A model generated the notes under the pieces. That model did no database searches. It saw only the letters and a program-made list of their open reading frames with translations, and was not told the DNA's origin. A stretch of 38,084 nt of DNA from Candidatus Harrisonbacteria bacterium. Its GTDB lineage: Bacteria; Patescibacteriota; Minisyncoccia; UBA6257; WO2-44-18. Position numbers and translations under genes: made by a program. Below, piece after piece: positions 8,077-17,362 of this stretch. The stretch spans positions 1 to 38,084 of the forward strand of contig JACOXP010000009.1 of assembly GCA_016182295.1 (NCBI GenBank), read 5' to 3'. Positions within the stretch are counted from its first letter, which is position 1, and every line of letters begins with the position of its first letter.

Positions 8077-9703
8077 GTTTTTCCAAAAGTTTTTCCGTTT
8101 TCTCTTTAGGCGTCAAATTACAAGTGATTTTAATTATCGGCAAATTATTATTGACCGCCTGGATATTAAAATGAGAACGACGGATCATTTCGGAAATTTC
8201 ATTCAGCAATCCTGAACGATCTTGAACGACAAGTTTAATTTCAGTGGACTGCGGTTCTTTCTTGGCAAAGGTGGTCATCACGCGACGAAGCGCCGATTTA
8301 ATGTGATTTTTCGCGCTACCGGTACGGACGAAGTTCAGCCAGGATTCCGACGGATGTTTCGTTTTTTGAGTGATAATTTCTACGACATCTCCCGATTTCA
8401 ACGAATGACTGAGCGCGACGATTTTGCCGTTAACTTTAGCTCCCGAGCATTGATTGCCTATTTCGGTGTGAATTTGATAAGCGAAATCAACCGGTGTCGC
8501 GCCATCGGGCAAATCAATCACCTCCCCTTTCGGCGTAAGGGTTAAGATTCTGTCTTGGAAAAAATCTATCTTGAGCGAATTAAGAAAATCCTCCGGATTG
8601 GTAAAACTATTTTGCCATTGGCGAAGCTGTTGAATCCAGCCGAGTTCCTTTTTATCGGCAACGGCTGCCACCCGCTCCAAATATCCCTTGGTGTCTTTGG
8701 CTTGATGATAGGCGAAATGGGCGGCAATACCGTTTTCCGCTTCGTTGTGCATTACTTCCGTCTTGATCTGAATTTCGGTAATTTTGTTTTCCGGACCAAA
8801 AACGGTGGTGTGCAAACTGCGATAACCGTTGGCTTTCGGCAACGCGACATAATCTTTAAAGCGATGAGGCAACGGCGGCCACATTTTGTGAATAATTCCA
8901 AGCGCGGCGTAGCAATCTTCAACGCTGGGCACGATTATCCTTAACGCCACCAGATCATAAATGCTCTCGATATTCATATCGTAACGAAGCAGTTTTTTAT
9001 ACAAACTGGTGTAGCGCTTTGCCCGAGATTCGATTCTAGAAACGGTAATATCGTTTTTCTTGAATTCCGATTCAATCATCGGTTTAAGACGCTGGGCGTA
9101 TTTTTCACGCTCTTCAAATCTGACTTTAATATTTTCGATAAGCCATTTGTGCTCTTGCGGATAAAGATACGGAAAGGCAAGATCTTCCAACTCGCCGCTT
9201 AATTTCTGCATTCCCAACCGATAAGCGAGCGGCGCGTAAATTTCCATCGTTTCCAGCGCGATCCGTTTTTGTTTTTGGGAAGGCACGGCGTAAAGCGTCT
9301 TCATGTTGTGAAGACGATCGGCCAGTTTCACCAAAATCACGCGGACGTCCTGACTCAAATACAAAATAAATTTGCGAAGGTTTTCTACTTTTGCTTCGAT
9401 TCCTCGATAACGAACTTTGCTGATTTTGGTAACTCCATCGACAAGAAAGGTAACGTCTTCGCCGAATTGATTTTTTATTTCTTCCAAAGTATGGGGGGTG
9501 TCCTCGACAACATCATGAAGGAGGGCCGCGGCGATTGTCGCTTCATCCAGTCCCCACTCCGCCACTGATTCCGCGGCGGCGGCGCAATGGACGAAATAGG
9601 GATCTCCATTTTTCCTTTTCTGACCGACATGCGCCTGTTTGGAAAAATCATAGGCGCGTTGCACTAAATTGTTTTGTTTATAAATTTCTTGAAGTCTTGC
9701 CAT
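8030..9703 (-). CDS. Long RelA/SpoT homolog, bifunctional (p)ppGpp synthetase/hydrolase
   Basis: HD domain (ALLHDVVEDT, KLADRLHNM), synthetase domain (RAKR, DLVALRI, GYRSLHT, EIQI), TGS (TPVDFAY) and a short ACT-like tail. Start placed at the ATG of MARLQ. Confidence 0.93.
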   Translation of the reverse strand: MARLQEIYKQNNLVQRAYDFSKQAHVGQKRKNGDPYFVHCAAAAESVAEWGLDEATIAAALLHDVVEDTPHTLEEIKNQFGEDVTFLVDGVTKISKVRYRGIEAKVENLRKFILYLSQDVRVILVKLADRLHNMKTLYAVPSQKQKRIALETMEIYAPLAYRLGMQKLSGELEDLAFPYLYPQEHKWLIENIKVRFEEREKYAQRLKPMIESEFKKNDITVSRIESRAKRYTSLYKKLLRYDMNIESIYDLVALRIIVPSVEDCYAALGIIHKMWPPLPHRFKDYVALPKANGYRSLHTTVFGPENKITEIQIKTEVMHNEAENGIAAHFAYHQAKDTKGYLERVAAVADKKELGWIQQLRQWQNSFTNPEDFLNSLKIDFFQDRILTLTPKGEVIDLPDGATPVDFAYQIHTEIGNQCSGAKVNGKIVALSHSLKSGDVVEIITQKTKHPSESWLNFVRTGSAKNHIKSALRRVMTTFAKKEPQSTEIKLVVQDRSGLLNEISEMIRRSHFNIQAVNNNLPIIKITCNLTPKEKTEKLLEKLKKLKEVKEANYRLV

Positions 9704-9766
9704 TTTCCTACTCTCAACGTATATTAGACGTGGGTTCTTTTCAACTTTTTTAAACGGAGGCGACCA

Positions 9767-10237
9767 ATGGGTCAGAAACGATCGGTCGGTTTGGTAGTTG
9801 TAACTGATATCCCCAATATGGGGCGCGTGGCGGTACTTAATCGTCGCGGTGATTTTAACTACGAGACTATGAAGCCTGAATCTTATCCCGGCGGCTGTCA
9901 GGTCACAGTTCATGGAAAAGCTGAAGAGAATGAAGAGATTACCGAAGCGCTGAAGCGAGAGGAATTGGAGGAATTGGGCGAGCTTGGTTACGCCTTCGAT
10001 TCCAATAAGTTTATTGAACTTTCAAGACTGGAAAGTGAGGACAAGCTTATTGTCACGTACGGAATTTATGTCCCGCCGGAATCTTTTCCCCTCGTTTTTC
10101 TCTCCGCGAATCAGGTTGAGGGTATTCAAGATCTTAGAACCTTCGATAAGAAAGAGGGCGTGACTGATCGGCGAGTTGTTGCCATGTTTCTTGATGAGAA
10201 AGAGGCCATTCGTCTAGCCTTTGAAAAACTGCGATAA
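9767..10237 (+). CDS. Nudix hydrolase-like protein
   Basis: Nudix box G-x5-E-x7-RE-xx-EE-x-G (GKAEENEEITEALKREELEELG); SD GGAGG upstream. Confidence 0.7.
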   Translation: MGQKRSVGLVVVTDIPNMGRVAVLNRRGDFNYETMKPESYPGGCQVTVHGKAEENEEITEALKREELEELGELGYAFDSNKFIELSRLESEDKLIVTYGIYVPPESFPLVFLSANQVEGIQDLRTFDKKEGVTDRRVVAMFLDEKEAIRLAFEKLR

Positions 10238-10250
10238 CGTTGATGATCTT

Positions 10251-10280
10251 ATTCCAACTCTAATGGGTTGGAATTTTTTT
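10251..10280 (+). terminator. Rho-independent terminator
   Basis: ATTCCAACTC-TAAT-GGGTTGGAAT followed by a T run. Confidence 0.7.
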
Positions 10281-10308
10281 AATTTTCGGCTATGTTGTGA
10301 TTATTGAA

Positions 10309-10878
10309 ATGAACTTGACCACTAAAATTGAAAAAGCGATTAAGAAAGCGGCTGCGTTGCATACCGGACAGACACGACGATTTGATAATTTAACTCCCTA
10401 CATAACCCATCCCTTTTCCGTCGCGATTATCCTTTCAAAATACACCAACGATGAAAATATCGTCATCGCTGGCTTACTCCACGATACTTTGGAAGACACC
10501 AATTATAAACCGGAGGAAATGGCCGCGGATTTTGGCGCGGAGGTAAAAGATATCGTGCTTGGAGTCTCGGAGCCGCCGACAAAAGAAAAAGATAGCCGTA
10601 ACTGGGCAGAAAGAAAGGAAGCCTACCTAGATCAGTTAAGCAAAGCTCCGGAAGGAAGTTTGATGGTTTCAGCGGCGGATAAAATTCATAACCTCTCATC
10701 GTTGATTGAAGAATATGAAACTTATGGGCCAAAACTTTTAGAGAAATTTCATTCCTCTCCGGCTCAAAGACTGGGATTTGATAAAAAAGTTCTAAAAATT
10801 ATCCGGGAAAGATTAAACAATAAGATTGCGGAGGAATTGGCAACGGTTATTCAGAGGGCTGAGAATCTTTTTCTTTAG
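10309..10878 (+). CDS. HD-domain small alarmone hydrolase (Mesh1/SAH-like)
   Basis: H..Q.R....PYITHP, AGLLHDTLEDT, RK..Y and ADKIHNL; no synthetase domain. Confidence 0.85.
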   Translation: MNLTTKIEKAIKKAAALHTGQTRRFDNLTPYITHPFSVAIILSKYTNDENIVIAGLLHDTLEDTNYKPEEMAADFGAEVKDIVLGVSEPPTKEKDSRNWAERKEAYLDQLSKAPEGSLMVSAADKIHNLSSLIEEYETYGPKLLEKFHSSPAQRLGFDKKVLKIIRERLNNKIAEELATVIQRAENLFL

Positions 10879-12844
10879 ACGCTTCGGGCGCTGGATTGCG
10901 CGGGTCAGTCCACGACGCGTAATCGCATTTCGGATAACGGCCGCAGCCCCAGAAAATTTTTCCTTTGGCGCGGCCACGGGTAACGCGCCGCTCGACAATT
11001 TCCCCTTCTCCGCATTTTTCGCATTTTAGACCGATTGATTTAGGCGGTTCTTTGGGAAGTTGTTTGGTGGTTTTACATTCCGGAAAACCGGAGCAAGCCA
11101 TAAATTTTCCAAAGCGGCCATATTTGATCACCATCGGTTTGCCGCATTTTTCGCACTTTTCGTCGGTTGTTTCCTCCGGCAAAAGTTCTTTTTTGGAAAC
11201 TTCTCCGTATTTTTCTTCGAGATTCTTGGAAAATGGGACATAAAAATCGCCGATAACTTTTTGCCATTTTTCTTTTCCGGCGGCGACTTCATCCAGCTCT
11301 TCTTCCATTTTGGCGGTAAATTCTACGTCAACGATGGTCGGAAAGTGTTCCGTTAAAACTTTATTAACCAATTCCCCCATTGGTGTTGGCACAAATTTTC
11401 CGCCTTCTTTAATAACATAATTTCTGCTCTGTATAACCGAAATAATAGGAGCGTAGGTGGACGGGCGGCCGATACCGTATTCTTCCAAAATTTTAATCAA
11501 GCTCGCTTCGGAAAAGCGGGGCGGCGGTTCGGTAAAGTGCTGATCCGGCCGAATTACTTCCACTTCGGGAACATCTCCTTTTTCAACCGAAGGTAATTCC
11601 TTTGTGGAAAATTTTTGCGGCCAAATTTTAAGATAGCCGTCGAAAACTATTTCCTGGCCGCTTGCTCGCAAACCATATTTTCCCGCTTCAACTTCCAAAG
11701 CTGTCGTGGATATTTTTGCCGGCGGCATTTGAGAAGCAACGAATCTCTGCCAAATCAATTTATAAAGTTTCCGTTCCGCCTCTTCTTCAACTTTGATTCC
11801 TTCGGGAGCGGTGAAAACATTGGTGGGGCGAATGGCTTCGTGCGCTTCCTGAGCCAGCTTGGATTTTCCTTTAAAAACACGCGGAGCGGAAAGAGCGTAA
11901 TCGCTTCCCAATTCTTTAGTCAGCCAATCTTGCGCGGCGGCTACCGATTCTTTGGAAAGATTGACGGAATCGGTACGCATATAAGTGATGTGTCCGTTTT
12001 CATAAAGCCGCTGGGATAAAAACATTGTCTTTTTAGCGGAAAACCCCAAGCGCTTAGCCGCTTCCTGTTGAAGCGTGCTGGTTATAAACGGGGCAAGAGG
12101 ATTTCTTTGGACAATCTTTTTCTCAATCGAAGCGATTTGGAATTTTTCTTTTTCGAGCTCTTTGGTTATTTTTTTGGCGTCGTCTTCGGTCTTGATTTCA
12201 AATTTATCCAAAGTTTTCCCGTCAATACTGACAAGATTGGCCTCAAACGACATGCCGGACTTATTCAAAACGGCGGTGATGGTCCAGTATTCTTCGGGTT
12301 TGAAATTTCGGATTTCCTGCTCGCGCTCGACAATCAGTCGCAAAGCCACCGACTGCACGCGGCCGGCTGAAAGACCGCGGACAATTTTTTTCCACAAAAA
12401 CGGCGAAAGCTTATAGCCGACCAGCCGATCTAAAATGCGGCGGGCCTGCTGAGCGTCAACTAAATGCTCGTCAATCGTCCGAGGGTTTTTAAGGGCGTTT
12501 TCGATAGCCGATTGGGTAATCTCGTGAAAAACGATCCGTTTCGCCTTATCCAATCCTAAAAGCTCTTTTAAATGCCAAGCGATCGCTTCTCCTTCGCGGT
12601 CTTCATCTGTCGCCAGAATTACTGAATCGCTTTTTTGCGCGTCCGCTTTCAATTGCTTAACAACTTTTTTTGATTTGACCGGCACTATGTATTTGGGCTC
12701 GAAATTTTTTTCTACTTCTATGCCCAAAGTGCTTTTTGGCAAATCTCGAATATGCCCGTAAGAGGATTCGATTTTATATCCCTTGCCAAGAAATTTTGAA
12801 ATTGTTTTCGCCTTAGTCGGCGATTCCACGATAACTAACTGCAT
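10847..12844 (-). CDS. topA: DNA topoisomerase I
   Basis: IVESPTKAK, ATDEDREGE, SAGRVQ, ITYMRTDS, GIGRPST and two C4 zinc ribbons. Confidence 0.97.
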   Translation of the reverse strand: MQLVIVESPTKAKTISKFLGKGYKIESSYGHIRDLPKSTLGIEVEKNFEPKYIVPVKSKKVVKQLKADAQKSDSVILATDEDREGEAIAWHLKELLGLDKAKRIVFHEITQSAIENALKNPRTIDEHLVDAQQARRILDRLVGYKLSPFLWKKIVRGLSAGRVQSVALRLIVEREQEIRNFKPEEYWTITAVLNKSGMSFEANLVSIDGKTLDKFEIKTEDDAKKITKELEKEKFQIASIEKKIVQRNPLAPFITSTLQQEAAKRLGFSAKKTMFLSQRLYENGHITYMRTDSVNLSKESVAAAQDWLTKELGSDYALSAPRVFKGKSKLAQEAHEAIRPTNVFTAPEGIKVEEEAERKLYKLIWQRFVASQMPPAKISTTALEVEAGKYGLRASGQEIVFDGYLKIWPQKFSTKELPSVEKGDVPEVEVIRPDQHFTEPPPRFSEASLIKILEEYGIGRPSTYAPIISVIQSRNYVIKEGGKFVPTPMGELVNKVLTEHFPTIVDVEFTAKMEEELDEVAAGKEKWQKVIGDFYVPFSKNLEEKYGEVSKKELLPEETTDEKCEKCGKPMVIKYGRFGKFMACSGFPECKTTKQLPKEPPKSIGLKCEKCGEGEIVERRVTRGRAKGKIFWGCGRYPKCDYASWTDPRNPAPEASKEKDSQPSE

Positions 12845-12848
12845 TATA

Positions 12849-13877
12849 TTAAATAAAATATTTTCCGCCTTCTTCTTTTATTAAACCCTGAATCGCAAGA
12901 AAAGTCAGGCTGCGATTAATAACAGAAACTTCTATTTTGCTTAATTCGCAAATCTTGTCAATATCCACCGGCTCGCCGACCTCTTTGATCACGGCTAAAA
13001 TTTCATTTTGCTTGCCGTCGTTGGCAGATGAAAATTTGGACTGGCTGGCGACATTTTTAATCGGCAAATTAAGATCATCGAAAACGTTTTCTGGATCGGA
13101 AACCAAACGCGCGCCGGCGCGCAGAAGCTCATGCGAACCTCTATAATTTTCGTGGCTTATCGGGCCCGGCAACACGAACACTTCCCGATTTTGCTCCACG
13201 GCAAAGTTGGCAGTAGCCAGCGAACCGGAACCGATCGGCGCCTCGACAACCAAAGTGCCCAAAGAAAGACCGCTGATAATCCGATTTCTCTCTAAAAAAC
13301 GGTGCGGCCAGGATTCAGAACCGATCGGATACTCGCTGACCAACGCTCCGTCGTTATCTAAAATTTTTTCGGCAAGTTTCGCGTTTTGCCGAGGATAAAC
13401 CCAATCCAATCCGTTAGCTAACACCGCTATCGTCTTTCCGCCAACTTCCAGCGCTCCCTCATGGGCCGTTGTATCAACTCCAAGAGCAAGACCGCTTATG
13501 ACCGCCACCCCTTGATTGGCGAAAAATTTAGAAAAGCTTTTCGCGACTTCTCTGCCGGCTAGAGTAGCTTTCCTGGTGCCGACAACGGCAATTCTGGGAT
13601 TGTCGTCAAAAAGATTTCCTTTAAAATAAAGCGCTATCGGGCCTCCGGCTATTTCTTTTAAAAGTTTTGGGAAACGTTCTTCTTTGGCAAAAATAACTTC
13701 AACGCCGTTTTTCTCTAATTTTTCCCATTCTTTTTCAGCGTTGACCGAACTATAATCTTTGCTAAGCTCCCGCCAAGCCGCCCGCCAGGATGAAAAACGA
13801 TTGGCAATTTTCCGCATTTTCAGCGGATCACCATATTGCGCCACATTTAAAGCATTATAGGCAATGGCTTCGTCCAT
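12849..13877 (-). CDS. dprA: DNA-processing protein DprA
   Basis: AVVGTR, SGLALGVD, FLERNRIISGL, SGSLATA and a C-terminal winged helix. Start at MDEAI. Confidence 0.95.
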   Translation of the reverse strand: MDEAIAYNALNVAQYGDPLKMRKIANRFSSWRAAWRELSKDYSSVNAEKEWEKLEKNGVEVIFAKEERFPKLLKEIAGGPIALYFKGNLFDDNPRIAVVGTRKATLAGREVAKSFSKFFANQGVAVISGLALGVDTTAHEGALEVGGKTIAVLANGLDWVYPRQNAKLAEKILDNDGALVSEYPIGSESWPHRFLERNRIISGLSLGTLVVEAPIGSGSLATANFAVEQNREVFVLPGPISHENYRGSHELLRAGARLVSDPENVFDDLNLPIKNVASQSKFSSANDGKQNEILAVIKEVGEPVDIDKICELSKIEVSVINRSLTFLAIQGLIKEEGGKYFI

Positions 13878-13898
13878 ATATGTTACAATAGTATAGTA

Positions 13899-14423
13899 AT
13901 GACTACTTTTAAAAAGCAACTTTTGATACAATTGGTGATCGGCGTCGCCGTATTGCTGGTTGCGGTCATCGCGACTGAAATCGCCGCTTCCCAACTTGAA
14001 AAAAACTCAGAAAAAATAAGGGATCAGAAGCGGGAGCTTTCTCTGCGCACTTCGGCAACCGCCAATTTCGCCGAATTGAAAAGCAACTTTGATCTCGCTC
14101 AACCGGCGATCGCGATACTAGATCAATTCTTGCCGCCCAAAGACGATCTTATAAACTTCGGCAGAGATATGGTAAATCTTGGCAAACAGCATGGATTAAG
14201 CATCGGGTTCAATTTCGGCAACGAAACCTCAAGCAGCGCGAGCGGGGCGGGATCAATTATTTTTTCAATAAGCGGTTCGGGTAGTTTCAACGGATTTCAG
14301 CAATTTTTAAACGATATTGAAAAAAGCTCTTTGTTTATAAAAGTAACTTCTTTTGACGTAACTAGAAGCGCCCCAAATGATGAATATAATATTCTGATGA
14401 ACGGAGTGGTATTCTTTAAATAA
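13899..14423 (+). CDS. PilO-like type IV pilus assembly protein (putative)
   Basis: N-terminal TM, coiled coil, LP motif, then GSFNGFQQFLNDIEK...IKV, resembling the PilO ferredoxin-like fold. Confidence 0.55.
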   Translation: MTTFKKQLLIQLVIGVAVLLVAVIATEIAASQLEKNSEKIRDQKRELSLRTSATANFAELKSNFDLAQPAIAILDQFLPPKDDLINFGRDMVNLGKQHGLSIGFNFGNETSSSASGAGSIIFSISGSGSFNGFQQFLNDIEKSSLFIKVTSFDVTRSAPNDEYNILMNGVVFFK

Positions 14424-14425
14424 TT

Positions 14426-14617
14426 ATGAAAAAGATCTCTGCAATTTTTTACACGATTGGCGGCACGCTCGCGGTTCTGCTGACTGTATACATCGGTATT
14501 TTAATTGGGACATTGGTAAAAGGGATGTCGGTTATCACGCAAGCCGACTTGATAAAGCCGATTGAAGTTGCTAGTTTTAATTTAGAAAAATTCGAAAGTT
14601 TGAATATTGGCGAATAG
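14426..14617 (+). CDS. Small single-TM hypothetical protein
   Basis: 63 aa with a hydrophobic N-terminal half, 2 nt after the preceding gene. Confidence 0.6.
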   Translation: MKKISAIFYTIGGTLAVLLTVYIGILIGTLVKGMSVITQADLIKPIEVASFNLEKFESLNIGE

Positions 14618-14688
14618 CGCGTGTAGCTCAGTGGTAGAGCACAGTCCTGATAAGACTGGGGTCGAAGGTTCGATTCCTTCCACGCGCA
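14617..14688 (+). tRNA. tRNA-Ile(GAT)
   Basis: GCGCGTG/CACGCGC acceptor stem, CAGTC-CTGATAA-GACTG anticodon arm, GTTCGATTC T loop. Confidence 0.95.
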
Positions 14689-14694
14689 CCGAGC

Positions 14695-14769
14695 GCGCCC
14701 TTAGCTCAGTGGTAGAGCGTTCCCTTGACATGGGAAAGGCCAGAAGTTCGATCCTTCTAGGGCGCACCA
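14695..14769 (+). tRNA. tRNA-Val(GAC)
   Basis: GCGCCCT/AGGGCGC acceptor stem, TTCCC-TTGACAT-GGGAA anticodon arm, encoded CCA. Confidence 0.95.
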
Positions 14770-15465
14770 ATGCAACCAGAAATTTTATATCAAGACGCCG
14801 ACGTTGTGGTAATCAACAAACCGGCCGGACTTTTGGTGCATCCGGTAAAAATTTCGACGGAACCGACTTTAACCGCTTGGCTATTGGAAAAATTTCCGGA
14901 AATCCGCAATGTTGGTGACGATCCCGAAAATAGACCCGGAATAGTCCATCGTTTGGATAAAGCAACCTCCGGAGTAATGGTAATCCCCCGCACTCAAAAA
15001 GCGTTCGAGTTTATAAAAAATCAATTTCAAAAAAGGACGGTTAAAAAAACCTATATCGCTTTGGTTTGGGGCAAAGTCGCGCAAACATCAGGATTAATAG
15101 ACAAACCGCTGGCGATTAAAACCGGCTCCACTAAAAGGACTACTCGTATAATAGGCGGAAAAATGGTCAAAGAAGCGAAAACCGCTTATCGGGTCAAAAA
15201 ACTCATCGGCAATTTCACTTTATTAGAAGTAGAGCCGCTGACCGGCCGAACCCATCAAATTCGCGCCCATCTTGCTTCCATTGGCCATCCGGTAGTCGGC
15301 GATAAGATTTACGGAAAGAAATTGCCGCCGGAAGGATTGTCGAGAATGTTTCTGCACGCGGAATCGCTGGAATTCACCCTGCCGAGCGGCGGGAGATTTA
15401 AAGCGACGGCTGATCTGCCAACAGAGTTAAATTCAGCGTTAAGCGCGCTGGCAAAGTTTCTGTAG
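14770..15465 (+). CDS. RluA/RluD-family pseudouridine synthase (no S4 domain)
   Basis: INKPAGL, IVHRLDKATSG, TGRTHQIR, PVVGD and LHA motifs. Confidence 0.93.
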   Translation: MQPEILYQDADVVVINKPAGLLVHPVKISTEPTLTAWLLEKFPEIRNVGDDPENRPGIVHRLDKATSGVMVIPRTQKAFEFIKNQFQKRTVKKTYIALVWGKVAQTSGLIDKPLAIKTGSTKRTTRIIGGKMVKEAKTAYRVKKLIGNFTLLEVEPLTGRTHQIRAHLASIGHPVVGDKIYGKKLPPEGLSRMFLHAESLEFTLPSGGRFKATADLPTELNSALSALAKFL

Positions 15466-17362
15466 AATATCCAAAGACGCGAGATTTGCTTTCTTTCCAA
15501 ATATGCCCCTCCGGCGCTTCTAAGATAATTTCTAGGGCGCTTTCCACGCCAGATTGCTTTTCAAAAATAAATTGATAGGGCTGTTCGGCGGCAAGATTAA
15601 TCGGCCGCGCTCCCAAATAATCAACTTGAAGGGTTTTTGTCTCGCCGGCTTTCACGCTTAACCAAGAAGAAAAAACGGATTTACCGAAAACTAATTCGCT
15701 TGTTTCAATATTTTCTAAATCAGGATCAATTCGGTAATTAACCTCGGAGTAATCAATAATCGGGTAAACAATTTTTTTGGTGGCGCCGGTGATTTTTTCA
15801 AGCTCGGAACCAGGTGTCACGTAAATTTGCATAAAATCCTGATTGGTTTTCCGATACCACTGATCTTTTTCATCGGCGCCGTTGTGAGTTCGCGTGATGG
15901 AAACTTTATTTTTCACAAAACCTCGCCCATCGATCTTACTTTCAAATTTCACTGATTGCTTCATAAAAGCGTCGCTTTTCCCACCGGCGATATTAGCGTT
16001 GACAATCGCCAGATATTCCCCGATAAAATCATCCGACAACTTCGCCACCGCGCCGGAAACCCCCAAATCGCTAAGAAGATCATTCACCGCCGAATCGTCG
16101 AAATAAACCATAATATCTTTGGCTTCGATAAGTTTACCCAATTTTTCAGAAAGAATTTTTTTGTCGGATTCGTTAAGTTTAGAAAGTTTATCAAAAATTA
16201 TTGGCGCTAAAACTTTTAGGATGCGTTTGGGCTCGCCCTCCGCTTTGTCTTCTCCGGTTTCAACTTCCCGTTGAACTTCCGCAAGAAAATTATCCGAATC
16301 GATAGTGAGATCATATTCCAATAATTCAATCGGCCCCAAGGTTTCCAGGAGGTCTTCAATAACTCTCACGTTAAGACCGATTGCTCCGCTAAACTTAATT
16401 TCTTGTTCGCTGTAAATTTTGGATTCCTCAAGCAAAGAAATGGCTTTTTTGGCCGACTGAGGAAAGTCGAAGAACCAGTTGGAATCGCGGGCGCCCCAAC
16501 GGCCGGTAGTCCCTTGAAGTTGCTTTGGCGGAATAATTTTAGCTTCCAATTGACCGTCGGGATCGTAGATATCCCTGACGTTAATATCCAGTAAACTGCC
16601 CCGAAAAAACGTAATCATGGCGTAACTGCCGATAAATCCTCCTCCGGGCCTGATTTCCGATGGATTTTGAAAAAGCACCAACAAACGTTGTTTTTTTGGC
16701 TCTTCCATCCAACCGATCAGGGCTCCCAAAGCTTTTTCGATTCTGACAAGTCGGTTGCTGAAATCAAAAAATTCTTCGTCCAAAGTATAACCGATAGAAA
16801 TGGCTTGTTTTTTCAGCTTCTCGCTAAGAGACGATATTTCCGAAATTTTATCGCCGACTTTTTTGACCGAAGCTATCAATTCCGTACCCCGTTTATTCAC
16901 CGAAAGGGCGATGGCGTTATTTCTTAAATTTTCCAGTTCTTCGCTAATTCCCAGCGCGTTTTCGCTGATTTTAAACAAGTTCGCCAGAACCGCCGGCACC
17001 GTTTTGAGCGGACTTTGCGAATTAAGATCTCCTAATTCTCCAGCCACGTTTTCAAAAGAATTTTGAGCTTTTTCAAAATCAAATTCCAACAGAGCTTTGG
17101 CGCCCTCTTTAAAATTTTCATAAACTCCCGGGGCTAAGCTGACCGCTTTTCGTTCAAATCTCACAATATTAAATCCGAAAATTCCCAAAACCAACAAAAA
17201 CACTGTCAGCGTGGCGAACGCCGGAACTTTGAGATCGTTGGTTTTTTTAATCGGTTCCGATCTAGAAACCGGAATATAGGGAATTTCAAGCGGGATGCGC
17301 GTTTTGGCCGCGGATTTTCTTTTCGACACCGGAGGGCGAATATCAAAAATTCTTCTGGCCAT
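15398..17362 (-). CDS. DUF4012-domain membrane-anchored protein
   Basis: N-terminal TM and coiled coil, LFQNPSEIRPGGGFIGSY, RDSNWFFDFP and N..GGKSD. Confidence 0.8.
   Translation of the reverse strand: MARRIFDIRPPVSKRKSAAKTRIPLEIPYIPVSRSEPIKKTNDLKVPAFATLTVFLLVLGIFGFNIVRFERKAVSLAPGVYENFKEGAKALLEFDFEKAQNSFENVAGELGDLNSQSPLKTVPAVLANLFKISENALGISEELENLRNNAIALSVNKRGTELIASVKKVGDKISEISSLSEKLKKQAISIGYTLDEEFFDFSNRLVRIEKALGALIGWMEEPKKQRLLVLFQNPSEIRPGGGFIGSYAMITFFRGSLLDINVRDIYDPDGQLEAKIIPPKQLQGTTGRWGARDSNWFFDFPQSAKKAISLLEESKIYSEQEIKFSGAIGLNVRVIEDLLETLGPIELLEYDLTIDSDNFLAEVQREVETGEDKAEGEPKRILKVLAPIIFDKLSKLNESDKKILSEKLGKLIEAKDIMVYFDDSAVNDLLSDLGVSGAVAKLSDDFIGEYLAIVNANIAGGKSDAFMKQSVKFESKIDGRGFVKNKVSITRTHNGADEKDQWYRKTNQDFMQIYVTPGSELEKITGATKKIVYPIIDYSEVNYRIDPDLENIETSELVFGKSVFSSWLSVKAGETKTLQVDYLGARPINLAAEQPYQFIFEKQSGVESALEIILEAPEGHIWKESKSRVFGYSTETLPARLTLNLTLLADQPSL

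Noticed and set aside
9704-9913. N-terminal extension of RelA/SpoT
   Set aside because: It overlaps the divergent Nudix gene; the HD domain begins after MARLQ.
10847-13877. dprA-topA linkage as a novelty
   Set aside because: This is a widespread, well-known bacterial gene order.
14582-14918. Short ORFs at 14582-14770 and 14607-14918
   Set aside because: They are translations of the two tRNA genes.
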